The translations under genes were made by a program, and so were the position numbers. A model generated the notes under the pieces. That model worked only from the letters and a program-made list of their open reading frames with translations, did no database searches and was not told the origin of the DNA. 64,000 nt of DNA from Octopus sinensis. Taxonomy: Eukaryota. The stretch spans positions 27,776,001 through 27,840,000 of the forward strand of contig NC_043006.1 in the NCBI RefSeq assembly GCF_006345805.1. Direction: 5' to 3'. Shown piece by piece: positions 36,772 through 50,753 of the stretch (positions are counted from its first letter, which is position 1; every line of letters begins with the position of its first letter).

Positions 36772-36809
36772 TCTTTTACGTTTTGAGCCTACGCTCTTAG
36801 ACAGAAAGA
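36772..36809 (-). ncRNA. Decayed minimal hammerhead (HHR-D)
   Basis: ucuuu-CUGUCUA-a-gagc guag gcuc-AAAA-cg-UA-aaaga. Stems I and II are intact, but the core has several substitutions, so it is probably inactive. Confidence 0.5.
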
Positions 36810-37707
36810 TACACAGAAAAAAAAACAAGGAGAGAAAAAAAAGGAGAGAAACAAGGAGAGAAAAAAATGCGTGTAGGAGCTAACGATCTATCACGGCGTT
36901 CCATGATATATATATATATATATATATATAAATAGTAATTAGGAGATAGAACTGGAAGGAAAGGTGTGGAAACAGAATGAAGAAGGAAAAGGTACAAAGT
37001 AATTTCTGCTTTGTCTATAGAAGGGAACTGCTAAATAGATGTGGTCTTCTAAGATATGAAAGAGTAATATGTAATGAATAGAGAGCAGTTGAAAGCTGTG
37101 TGGCCTTTCTCAGTATACAAGAAACATGTCCACTATACTGATAGGAAAACAGAAATTAAATAAAGAGTGGTATGTTATGTAGCTAAACAGGTATATATGG
37201 TTGTTGTAGGAGTTGTTTCTGTAACATCATGAATTAATTATTTCAATGCTGAACTTCTAACTGAAAGATAGAAAACAAAACCCCTTTAGATTTACCTCAC
37301 TGACAAGGTTTAATTCTTATGAACTACAGGTTACAATGCCAGGAGCAGAAGAAGCATACATGATATTTAACTATAATAATGGTTTTACTGCCTTAATAAT
37401 AATAATAATTAGAAGAATAACAAATGACATCATAAACAGTCAAATTTGTTACTTGAGGTCTCTAGATGAAATCTGGAACAATTTGTATAAAACAAAGCAC
37501 CAATAAAATAGTAATAATAATAATGTTAAAAATGGAGGATATAGCAAACAAGCCTCAGTTTGACTATCAAGCATTGCAGTGCTTGCTTAGATCAGGGATC
37601 ACAAAACTTTTCAGTAGCACAGGCAACATTTTCTAAAAACAAGACATTATTGATGTACAACAGATGTTAATTTAATGCTATTATTGCACTCCAGTTGATC
37701 TACAAAA

Positions 37708-37965
37708 CATATACATATATACATACGTATATACATACATATACATACGTATATACATACATACATACGTATATACATACATACATACGTATATACATAC
37801 ATACATACGTATATACATACATACATACATACGTGTATACATACATACATACGTGTATACATACATACATACGTGTATACATACATACATACGTATAACA
37901 TACATACATACGTATATACATACATACATACATATATACATACATACATACATACGTGTGTGTGT

Positions 37966-38005
<40 letters not shown>
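37708..38005. repeat. (CATA)n-derived minisatellite with 20-24 nt period, plus TA/TG
   Basis: Recurrent atacatacatacgtat / acgtgtatacatacatacat units. Confidence 0.93.
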
Positions 38006-38007
<2 letters not shown>

Positions 38008-38849
38008 TTTAAAGTTATCTGAATTAAAACCTTCCATCAAAATTTCACATTAATTTATGTTCCAAACATCAACTTAAAGTTATTTTACAAAATTCTTCAT
38101 TATTTCCAAAATTAATTGAAACAAAGGCACGCATTTCAATAGAAATTTGGTTACAAAACTTAATACGCTCAATCACAAAATGGATAGCTTCTGTTCCAAA
38201 GATAACCAAAGAAACTGTTGATGCAAGAATGGAGAAGGAAGATCCAAGCTACCACCACAAAGACTACATCTCAGTCGCATATGCTCTTAGGAGCAATCTT
38301 TGGCACAAAATCTATTGATTACATAGTTGAGCTAAACTATCAACTGATTTAGCCATAACATTTACTGGAGTTTACACTATAGCAAGCGCTGGGGTCAGGT
38401 GCCTGTTTAATGTTAATTTCACGCCAATCACAGACATCCTGAAAAGACTAACAGCCACTTTTCTTCCTCCTCTAAGTCCTATAAAGATTAACAAACACTG
38501 GCATCCACAAATTCACATGCACTTGTGTGTGTGTGTGTGTGTGTGTTAGAAATTAGCCCATCTAAATTAACTTGGATGTGTTGTTTATAATGCCTAGGAC
38601 TGCAGTAAATGTCCTGAGAAATCTGCATGTGATGACCATAATATGGTGAAGTTATTTGATACAAAAGTATCATCTGCTGGTGCTGATGAAATATTGTCAA
38701 CCAATATCTGTGATGATTTTTTTTCACATTTGTCATCTAGAAACACATTCCTAGGCATTATAATCAACACATTCAAGTTAGTTTGGATGTGCTAATTAAT
38801 ATTTGTTGCAAAGATTGCTTCTGTTGCTAATCACATATTCACACACACA

Positions 38850-41645
38850 AATCATCATTATTTAACGTCAGTTTTTTACGCTGGGACAGATTGGATGGTT
38901 TGACAGGAGCTGACTAGGCACAAGATTGTGCTAAGTTCTTTTGTCTGCTTTGATTTCTACAGCTGGATGCCCTTCATGCAACCCCAGCACTGGTGAGGTC
39001 ACCAAGTAATATGCAAGACAAAGATCCCTCAGCTGAGGCCAGTCAAGGGGCACTGGCATTGACCATGCTTGAATGGTGCTTTTTATGTGCCACCGGCACG
39101 GGTTCAAGTCCAGTGACACAGGCACCAGTCACGCTCGAATGGAGCTTTTTACGTACCAGTCAGGTAGCACTGGAATCGGCCACAACTATGATTTCACTTG
39201 GCTCAACAGGTCTTCTCAAACACAATATATTGCCTGGTGATTGAATGGATACTTTTAAATAGGCCAGTTATGCGACATTGGCATTGGCCACAGCTATGAT
39301 CTCACTTGGCTTGCTAGGTCTTCTCAAGTACAGCATATCTCCAAAAGTCTCAGCTGCTTGTTGTTGCCGCTATGAGGCCCAGCATTCAAAGGTCATGCTT
39401 CACCACCTCATCCTAGGTCTTTTACAGGCTCCCTCCACAGTTAGGGTGTGACACTTCTTCACAGAGCTGTCCTCCATATGCAACACGTCAGTGCAGTAGT
39501 CTCTCTTGAAGTTTCTTATGTCCAACTTTTCCCTCAAGGTGCTTACACTCTGTCGTGTATGCACACTGACATTACACATCCAGCAGAGCATACTAGCTTA
39601 ATTTCTTTCAAGCCTGCACATGTCCTCAGCAGTCACAGCCCATGTTTCAATGCCATGCAGCATGGCTGTGTGCACACATGCATCATACAGCCTACCTTTC
39701 ATTCTGAGCGAGAGGCCCTTTGTTACCAGCAGAGAGAGGAGCTCTCTGAACTTTGCCCAGCCTATTCTTATTTTAGCAGCTATGTTCTCAGAGCATCCAC
39801 CTCGCTACTGACTTGGTCACCTAGGTTATGGAGGCTATCAACTACTTCTAGTTTTTACCCCTGGCATGTGATGGAATCTGTTTTCTGTACATGTTTGGTG
39901 TTTATTGCCCCTGTGCATCTACCACTCACAAAAACTATCTTACCAGTTAACCTACCTTTGATATTGCTGCACCTTTTATGTGTCCATAGCTTACACAGAG
40001 TACATCTTATGGAGTTTCTACCTACACCTTTTCTACAAATCGAGCAGGACCATCTCTCTGAAGGGATTTATGATTCCTCTGCTTTCCTACTTACTAGGAC
40101 TTGGGTTTTTGTTAGACTGACGCTCAGGCCCTTCGATTCTAGACCCTGCTTCCACACCTGAAACTTCTCTAGTTCTGATAGTGACTCATCTATTAGAGTA
40201 AGGTCATAAGCATAGAGGAGTGCCCAGGGGCAGCCTGTCTTGAATTGCTCTGTTATTACCTGGAGAACTATGATGAATGAGTGGGCGCTGAGGACTGATC
40301 CTTGGTGAATCCCTACTTCTACTCGGAATTCTTTGCTATACTCGTTGCCAACCCTCACCTTACTGACAGCATCCCTGTACATGGCTTGTACAGCTCTCAC
40401 CAACCACTCACCTACCCCTAGTTTCTGAATTGACTACCAGATAAGGGATTGGGGAACCCTGTCAAAGGCTTTCTCCATGTCAACGAAAGCCAAGTACTGA
40501 GGTTCATCATTGGCTAGAAATTACTCCTGCAACTGTCTTAACTAGAAATATAGCATCAGTAGTGCTTCTCTCTGGCACAAACCCAAACTGCATCTCATCT
40601 AAACTAACTCCCTCCCTAATTAGTTGGGCTATGACCCTCTTCGTGGTTTTCATCTCCTGATCCAACAATTTGATACCTCCGTAATTATCACTATCTAATG
40701 TGTCACTTTCACCTTTGTAGCAGTTGACTATTGTGCTACTACACCAGTCATTGGGTAAGACTCCATATATCACCTGGTTGACTACAGGGTGACTAGACTA
40801 TAGCCTACACTGCCAGGTATTTTAAGCATCTCAACAGTGATTCCTGATGGGCTGGGAGCTTTCCCTGTCTTCATACCCTTAATTGCTTTATCTACCAAGG
40901 TACTGTCAATTTGAATAGCTGGTCCCTCTGTTGGGTTAACATTTGGCAGATTCTCTTTCTCCCGTTCATTCTCTTCATTTAGCAACCTTTCATAGTGGCA
41001 TCTCCAAGTCTCTCTCTTTGCAGCATCATTAAATGCAAGTGAGCCATCATCCATGCCAACACTTCTCTCCTATGACATCACAATTCTCTATCGCACTCGG
41101 TCTTGCAATACAAAACACTTCAAGTCTCTGGTCCTTATGACACAGAACATTGGTAAATTTTTCTCATCTGCTTCTCCTCTGGTTAAGTAAACCTGCCTAC
41201 TAGCTTCCCATCCGGCGATCTGCTAGTTCCCTGCTACCACCACACTTCCAGTCCTTCCATGCCTGTTTCTTTTCCCAAATGGCCTTGCCAACTCCATTGT
41301 TCCACCACGTTACCTTAGGTTGAGAAAGGACTTTGCACCAGCCACAGATCTGGTCAGTAGCCCTCAACAGGTTGTCCTGTAGGAACCTCCAGTTGTTCTC
41401 TACATTATGTGATGCTATAACCTCCTCTTTTTTGTCAAAAGCTTCAAGTAATATGTCTGTCCATTCAGAGAATCCTTAAGCTTCCAGGTTCTTTTCCATG
41501 CTGGTCGGCTCCTGGGCAGCCATTTAGTTCTGATCCTGAAGTCACTAACTACTAACCTATGTTGTGGGGTGCATTCTTCACCTGGGAAAGTTTTGGCATT
41601 TACAAGTAGCCATTTTCCCCATTTCCTGATGAGAATGTAGTCAGC
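38850..41645 (-). mobile_element. RTE-clade LINE, 5'-truncated, with its 3' tail, copy C
   Basis: WCSSTIVNCYKG, YGGIKLLD, LDEMQFGFVPERSTTDAIF, FVDMEKAFDRVP, VGIHQGSVLS, LLYAYDL, SCSICRKGVGRNSIRCTLCKLWTHKRC. Continues into the subrepeat tail ending (GAT)n near 38850. Confidence 0.9.
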
Positions 41646-42345
41646 ATATTAGAATATATATATTCTAATATTCCTTAGGTTACTAAACATGTTTTTTTTT
41701 AATATTTATAATTACACTTTCATAAGAGTAATTGATGATGATGAATACATCCATATTCATTCCATGTGTCTTTCAAGTAAATATAGAAAAGTTTTTTTAT
41801 CCACTGTATAAAATAATCTTCATATATAAAGAACAATGGAAAAACCATGCAGTAACAGATGCAAATTAAAATGAGTGTTAATTAGCTCAAGCCTAGAAAT
41901 TTCTTGATGCAGTGATTATTTAAAAATTTGTTTTTAATGATTTAAGTGAAACTAACAAAAAATATGTAGACATGTAGCCAGTGAAACATAGGTTAGGGAC
42001 CCCTGATTTAGATCATAGCTTCATAAACTGAAAATAAGCCTTGAGCAGAAAAAGAGAAGAGGCGGCAGCAATAAATGAAGAGGAAGAGTAGTCAATTAAG
42101 ATGCAGATACCTTCATGATAAATAATCAACAGTTTGTGGTTAAGTGACTCTTGGGTCAGCTATGATCCTTTAGTAATATATAGAATGTCTTGCCAAATTC
42201 CTCTTATACAGACTAATGGACAAGACATCATATAGAAACAGTGGTTGTATTTTGTCAGATAAACCAAAATAAACTTGCTCAAAGATAAATCTCCAGTTTC
42301 TGTAGCAAAATATTTAAACAACTTTGAAGTACCTTGTTTCTTTAA

Positions 42346-42526
42346 CCCTGTAACATTCAGATTATTCTGTCAAATGCAATTATTTATTCACATTGCTTTG
42401 AATTAATCCTGCATTATCTTGTAGTTTTTAGATTTTAAGATTTCAATGATGTGATCATTTGTGTTCACAATGACATTGTAGGGTAGGTATGAGAGGTCAG
42501 ATATGGCTGGTTTAAATGGTAAAAGG
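42346..42526. mobile_element. piggyBac-type MITE (family P2), degenerate
   Basis: TTAA on both sides. Ends ccctgtaacattca / taaatggtaaaagg are imperfect inverted repeats. Confidence 0.55.
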
Positions 42527-42796
42527 TTAAAGAACTCTATCTAAACCACTCCATAGAAAATGGCAATCGAGATTGGAAAGTACAGAACAGGATTTTAAAA
42601 TAGAAAGGATGGAGGTTGTTTTTATATACTAAGAGCTGCAAGAGGACAAAATGTACATAGAAGACATGACCTAAGAAAATTTTTTTAAAAAAAGGTAAAA
42701 GAATAGGGAGGTTTGGAAGGACTTTTCAGTTAGGAAAAGCTGCAAATGGGAAGAGAAAAAAGAAAAGGGCAGAGGGTAAGGAGATTAATTTAAGAC

Positions 42797-42847
42797 CTTC
42801 AAATACTACGTCATCTTCTAAATTTGGTGGTGGTGGTGGTGGCAGGT
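42797..42847 (-). CDS. ABI2: Candidate 51-nt Abi exon (D)LPPPPPPNLEDDVVFE
   Basis: Strong acceptor tttttctccacag. Phase 1-1 and frame-preserving. Polyproline peptide. Donor AAG|gtctta is weak. Confidence 0.62.
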
Positions 42848-44761
42848 CTGTGGAGAAAAATACAAATATCGCATCAAAAGACAGTGCTAAATTTGAAGAA
42901 ATAACAAAATGGGAGGCAAGTTGAGAGAGAAACAACATATAACATAAAATAAACAATTCTGTGTATATATATATATATAAATCATGCAAATAAAATGAAC
43001 ACAAGCTTTACAACAAAAAACGAAAAAAAATTTTACAACAATGACAAAAAACTCCTACAAAATTTACAAATAAAAATAATATTTGTAATTATTTGAGTTT
43101 TCTACAAACTAATAATAGTCAACTGGGATTGGTTGTACCGACATTTAATAGACAGAAACTTTTCATGTAGGTAATAACCTTTTGAAATGAAATTTTCAAA
43201 ATGTTAAAAAGTATTAAATCTAACGAAGCAAAATTGTCACTGTTAGAAGAAATATCTTCTAGTAGAAAGGTTATCATAATAAAATCTAATTTCTTCATTT
43301 TTTTCTTCTCTACAACATAAATGTTACACTAAACACAGCAAGTAACTCTAAACAAAGCTCAAGTGAAACCCACAATGCTCTACTACTTTAGATCACATCT
43401 GCACACAATCAGGTATGAAAATTGATCAATGATTTCACAAATGAAATGATGAAAGATAAAGATGAAAGTCTGTTCTATAACCAAGGCATGGGAAAATATT
43501 TGATGATGACCTCAGATTATATTCAACATTCATCCACCTTGATACATAACAATTGTGAGAACCTGAGATTTGAACTATAGTTTTCAGATTTTCCAAGTCA
43601 AGAGTCATTACCTAATATATGTTTCATACAAAGATGAGTCACCATAAAAGTTATTAATGCCTGTGTGAATGTGGTTTGGCCAATCAGCACTGGGTAACTT
43701 ATTTATGGCTGGTGTAACTTTGCTCTAAGTTGAATTTTCTCACCTTCAAATAACTGTTGACCAAGAAGGTTTTAGAATCAATTTGGTGGGAAAACTTGCA
43801 TACTTCCTAAGAGCTACACCAGATCTATATTGCTCCCCCGCCCCATACAATAGTCTCTCATCATCTCCTGGCAAATTCAATTTAATCAGAGAGCTACATC
43901 AGGATTTGTATGGGACAGTCATTTCTTATCTCTCTTACTTTTCTTATTCACAGGCCTTAACTAGTAGAGTCACTTAACAATATTCATTATATGCAATGAT
44001 TCATATGCCCTATCACAATATTGATTTAATGAATGTACATATGTAAATATAGTGCAGTGTTAAAATATTTTGAAACTCAAATGAATCTTTGTGTGCTTAC
44101 TGTCAACACATGCAACCTAACAGCCTGCAAGATGCGAGATCAGCTGGAAGAGATAAAACTAACAACCACACTAAAATGATTTAATATAAAATGATTTTAT
44201 GGGAATAAATAAACAAAGAAACAAAAAGGCTGATTTTTTGCTCAACATTATTACTATTCTGTTGTGTCTGGGGAGAGTCGTTCTCTTTTAGTGCCTTATT
44301 ATTTAACACACTCGTTACTATTATAAAAGGTATAAATTAAACTCCAACAAATACCTAAGTACTGAACTCTGATTTTAAAAAAAGTAATGAAATTAAAAGT
44401 GAGATTCCTAAATGTTATATATAGTGATAGGGTTAATAGATATAATCATTATAAGCAACAACTCCTTACTTGAATGGAACATGATACCACAAAACTTGAC
44501 TTTAAAATGATTTAACAGATCCTATCAGAATTAAACATGGCTTGGGTCAATCTCTGGCTGAAATATATTTGATTAATATGTAAGAGACAGACAACACTAC
44601 TGACAGAGAAATTTTTTTTTGTTTTTTTGGTTGAACAAAAAATAAATTTAGTGAAGAATATTCTCATAACATTGCTAAACTTTCATAATGCATCAGAATG
44701 AATATTAAGCTAAAATAATTGCAAGATTAAAAAAATTGCTTAAGAAAACATAAATTCCTAC

Positions 44762-45212
44762 CTATTGCTCCCTGAGGCAGCATTTGAGGGGGTATGTGAA
44801 TTCCTTGTGCCATGTTGGGAGAAGAAGGGGTGTGACCACCACTTGCTGTTTGGGGAGTTGGCATTGGCCGTGTCATACCCACAGGTGGAGCCGTTTGACC
44901 CTGACCACCACTCATGACAGCAGATGTGGCTGCATACCCACTCCCATCTCTTCCGCCACGGCCTCCACCACTTCCACGGCCTCCACCTCCCCCACCACCT
45001 TGCATAGCATAGTTGGGAGCATAATGGGAGGGCACAGACGGAGGCGCCACCGGCGGGGCTGGAGTACGGTAGTGGGAAGCACCCTGTGACCGACCTAGCG
45101 TACCACATGCACGGACTGTTGGTGGGGTTGGTGGTTTGGATGTAGGGGCTTGAGTGGAAGTCCCACTGCTCATAGAAGCACTACGACCTGACCGTGGATT
45201 CAAAGTCTGCAC
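44762..45212 (-). CDS. ABI2: Abi central Ser/Pro/Gly-rich exon (451 nt)
   Basis: Acceptor ttcttttgcag, donor TAG|gtagga, phase 0-1. Has the conserved KPPTPP..GTLGR..YRT..PPV.PP.VP..Y pattern. Confidence 0.9.
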
Positions 45213-46883
45213 CTGCAAAAGAAACAAAAAAATAGAAAAATTGAGAAAATTGCATAAAATGCCTGCTAAGAACACTTTCTCTCACAACTCTTGGAATATT
45301 TTCTATCCTATTTTTGATAAGGGAAAAATTTCCCGAAATAAAATAGGATTATTAAACAACTTATGTAGAGTTGTTTCATGTACTTTATTTAATGTACAAT
45401 ATCATGTACATTTATTTAATGGCATCACTTTACATATAGTGCTTAACATCTCACTTGCATTGCTTAAAGGTCTGCTTAAAAATATTTTTTAAATATCAAA
45501 ACTTACACAATGTTTAAAAAAAATACAAATTGATATGTACCAATTTTTAGCAAACACTCCAACAGAGACTTCTACTACAGGCCAGGGCCAGGCTGTGCCC
45601 TGTGAGTGAATTTGGTAGACAGAAACTATGAAGTTTGTCATACATACACATGTATATATGTGTATGTGTGTAGTCCCACCTCCACCATTTGTCAAACGGG
45701 GCTGGTTTGTTTATATCCCCATATTTAGCAGTTCCTCAAAATGAGGAAGATGGAATAAGTATTAGGATTTTTAAAAAAATAAATACTGGGGTTGATATGT
45801 TTTACTAAACCCATCGAGGCAGTGCCCCAGCATGGCTGCAGTCCAATGATTAGAACAAATGAAAGGTTTAAAAATGAATGAATATATAGATAGACAATTT
45901 AATCTGAGATCACATGACAAACTATATTGCCATTGAGGTAGAGTTGGTAGGCTCATACACAAAACTATTTAAATCAAAGAATAAAAATGTGAACACAATA
46001 GCATGCATATTTGGAAAAGCCAAACTCAATACATGAAATCATACCAAATACTTAAATTTCTTTCATTTTCAAATGACAAATACCAATTTACAAAGCTAAT
46101 AATAATATTTGTGTGCATATGCGTGCACACACACACATATTTAAAAGATGGTTTGTGTATGTTCCTCATGCATTTGAAACTGAGTAGCCAATTTTGATGT
46201 ATGTGGTATCAAAAGATTCAGTAATCTTTCAGCTACCAAATAAACTTTATTTTCATTTACATATTCTCTGTGTTATCTCAACAACAAGCTATAGTTATTT
46301 GAAAGACACTGCTTTACAATGTCCAAGTTTCATTAGAAAGTGAAAATAGTTTCACACTTTGAATTTGAATCAAAATTACAAAGTGTTGCATTACGAGACG
46401 ATGTGTGAATACTGAAAGTAATGTTTCTCCGAATTAGTCACATCTGTACTATAATAAAGAAAGCTGTTTGTCATCTATCTACTCTTTTTTACTAATAAAA
46501 TAACCTTGACAACAAAGTTAGGTTGCATAATTTTGAGATAATTTTTGAGCAATATTTTGATTTGCTTCGCATGTTTCACTTTTGTCCAATGTTTCACGCA
46601 TGTGTAGAATTCTACTCAGACAAACATTTATGAAAATCTACACATAAATATTGCATTAAAATAAGTCACAAACAAAAATATTTCATTACAAGCCATCCAT
46701 TTCTCTATATGTTATGAGGAAATACAGTCACTCTCTCTCTCTTGCATGCACACATACAAAAACAATGTATGCATATGTACTTATGTATGTGTATATAAAA
46801 ATGTGTGTGTGTGAGTGAGAGAGTGAGTACCACTTACACATACCTGCAAAAAAAAAAATACACAACACACACTTTTACTTACT

Positions 46884-46914
<31 letters not shown>

Positions 46915-47354
46915 GTCCATAAACTTTCATTTTCTCCCCTCTTTTTGTTCTCATTTCAATGAAAAAGTCATCTTTTCACATTCTTCTCTCTTTAAAGCAT
47001 AAAGAAATAAAAACTTTTTTATGGAAACACATGAACAATCTTATGGTCCCAAATGATCGGGTTGACAACTTTCATGCTTCAAACAAAAGAATGACATAAA
47101 AGAACTTTCTTTGGCACACCCATGCACACACACGAGGGTAAACTTCTGTACAAATTCTTATTTCTTGCCATGTGCACACGCAAAATTACAGTACAAATCT
47201 AATTGAAATTACCTTTTGCTACTCTGTAATTTGTGTTTGTGATGAGTATATTTAAAAACCTGATCTTAGATATAAACTTCAAAGGAAAATTGCACAGAAA
47301 TTCTGTCCTTTACCTGTTGTTTCTAGCATAACTGTGGTATCACTGCCAGGGACA

Positions 47355-47711
47355 CGGATTGGCTCACATGCCGGTGACACATGAAAAGCACCATTCGGGC
47401 ATGATCATTGCCAGCGTCACCTTACCGGCACATGAAAGACAACATTTGAGCATGGTCATTGCCAGTGCCGCCGGACTGGTTCCCGTGCAGGTAGCACGTA
47501 AAAACATCTTTTGAGTGTGGTTGTTGCCAGAGCCGCCTGATTGGCACCCGTGCCAGTGGCACATAGAAACCACCCACTACACTCTGAGAGTGGTTGGTGT
47601 TAGGAAGGGCATCCAGCTGTAGAAACTTGATGCAGCCTCTGGCTCACCAGTCCTCAGTGAAACCGTCCAACCCATGCCAGCATGGAAAGTAGACGTTAAA
47701 CGATGATAATG

Positions 47712-47712
<1 letters not shown>
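47355..47712 (+). mobile_element. RTE-tail family element
   Basis: Same subrepeats and aacccatgccagcatggaaagtagacgttaaacgatgat tail. Confidence 0.78.
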
Positions 47713-47748
<36 letters not shown>

Positions 47749-48451
47749 ATATACTAGCAAAGATACCCAGCATTGCTCCGGATTAAGAAAAAGGCAAAGC
47801 TATTTTATTCTTTCACTTGTTTCAGTCAGGCGGCTATGCTGAAGGTTTGCCTTTAGTCGAAGAAATCGACCCCAGGATTTATTCTTTGTAAGCCTAGTAA
47901 TTATTCTATCAGTGTGGTTTGCCAAATGGTTAATTACAGGGACACAAACACAGCAACACTGGTTCTTGACAAGGAAGCGGGTACAAACCCAGACACACAC
48001 AAATACACACACATATATAGAACATATATGTCTATGTGTCTAGATATGTATACATATATATATAGGAATACACACACACACAGACACATAAATATATACA
48101 CACATATATACGTAGACATTGTTTAAGCCAAATATTGGAAATGAATGACACAGCGTGTATGACAATGGAACACATTTGTGACTATCAGGCAATGTCAATA
48201 CAAGGGGACAAAGATACATGCATACATACACACACATATATATATATATGTTTGTGTGTGCTTCATTAAAAACATGACTGCATTTAAGTTACATCTTTTT
48301 GTGATTTAGATTCTTCATATTTTCATTTTTTTCACAGATGATTGAAACAGTAAAGTTCCTAAATTTATATTCAAATATTTCTAGACCTTTCGTGTCATTT
48401 TCAAGAATTGAAATGACAATGTGTGTATGTGTGCATGCACACACAGAGGTC

Positions 48452-48602
48452 TTTTTGAGTTCCTCTCTACCAAATCCACTCGCAAAATTTTGGTTGGTCT
48501 ACAGCTTTAGTAGAAGGCATTTGCCTAAAGTGCCATACAGTGGAACTGAACCTGAAACTATGTAGCTGTGAAGCAAACCTCACCACACTGCAAAGCTTGC
48601 AC
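48452..48602 (-). mobile_element. SINE family 1 copy
   Basis: Reverse complement of the 34883 family. Further minus copies at ~51190-51320 and ~58955-59110. Confidence 0.72.
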
Positions 48603-49120
48603 CATCTGAGTGGAATTTGGTTATTAAGAACACTGAAGATGCTTGTTATGTGTGTGTGTATTTTATCAATATATATCGGTGGGAAACTGAGAAAATAGTT
48701 CTTTATAAATGAAATCCCTTGAGATATTTGTTCTATACAGTTACAAACACTCCCTGGTCACTATTGCCATCAGAAATGCCCTGAACTTGTAACTGGTTCA
48801 TTAGAAAGATGCAAAATACTATTATTTACCAATTTTGATATAAAATGAAATGAGTAAAAAAAAAAAGTCAAGTGGAAAAAATATTACAGGGAATGTTTGT
48901 TTGAAAGCACCAGTTTATCAATTTTTCTAAATGTTTATGTCTTTCACTAATATGCAACACTGAGACTCACACATGTAATACAGTCTTTCACACACTGCCA
49001 ACTGAATTCCCATTCATGAAGAATTGATCAACCCAATTAATCACATAATTGTGGAGCAAATGTTTTAGACACACAATCAAATTCATATAATAAATCCTAT
49101 GCAAATATCCCATTTTTTCA

Positions 49121-49387
<267 letters not shown>

Positions 49388-50092
49388 TTAATTACAGAAA
49401 TTAAAATGTTAACTAAGTACTACTAGTAATGCATGATTCAAAACAACCTCACCACTTACATAGGGCCAGTGTTCTTGCGGTTAGCATTTGTAAGTTGTAA
49501 AGCTATTAACAAGATTAATGTAGACAAAATTGCAGATCCACTAGGGATAGCTCAACATTAGGCTCTGTAGATATGTTTGTTGTTAGTTAACTAGCTACAG
49601 TGAAAGTATAGAGTATGGAAGAAGATCAAAAGTCTTATATCAATTGGCAACAAAGTATTTTTATATATATGGAAGACTGTGTGAAGTGAAATGCAGCATG
49701 GCATTCAGCTACAGGCACTGAATATGAAAGATTTGTGAAGACTGGAGCAAGCAAGAATAGTGGTTGTAGAGAGTGAATAGTTCTTATAAACATAAGCCAA
49801 TGTTTACAAGAGCAACATTGTACATAAAATGGATTTAAAAATTAGGAGGATGATAAGTATGCCTTTTCGAAAATAGCTGTCCATCCACCTTCTTAAGCAT
49901 GTGAAGTCTTGATGAAGTCAGAGAGTGTGAGACCTATTTTTTTATAATGATAATTGACCTTTTTTCATAGCCATATTTCTGATAAAATACACTACTTTTG
50001 TTTTAATTAATGAAAACTTCACAACAGTAACTTTAAATGAAATTCCAATGGAAAGTTTTGATTTAGCTCAGTTTAAAACAGAGTTTGTATTA

Positions 50093-50368
<276 letters not shown>

Positions 50369-50530
50369 TTAAAATCATAATTACCAAGGATTTAATGACA
50401 AATATTACAATTTAAGTCTGTTTACATTTAAAACAGTTTTAAAACAGATATTTAGAGGAACTTAGGAAAAATAACTTCTGCAATATTAAGTAGAACTTTG
50501 GAATAAAAAAAATGATAATTGAAGAGTTAA

Positions 50531-50753
50531 CCCTTTTTTAAAAATATATTTCTGTTGAAATACACTGCCTTTGTTTCAATTAATTCTGAAAATAATTAAG
50601 AATTTAGTAAAATATCTGACATTTTATAGTTGACATTTGGAACATAGGTTAACATGAAACTCTGACAGATGGTTTTAATTTAGATGACTTTAAAACAGTA
50701 AGATTTTTATCACAGACTTAAGGATGGTCTCAGATGGGCTGGTATCAAAAGGG
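50531..50753. mobile_element. piggyBac-type MITE P1, opposite orientation
   Basis: TTAA|ccctttt...ggtatcaaaaggg|TTAA. Interior is the reverse complement of the 26919 copy. Partial copies at ~38006-38163 and ~49965-50090. Confidence 0.82.
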
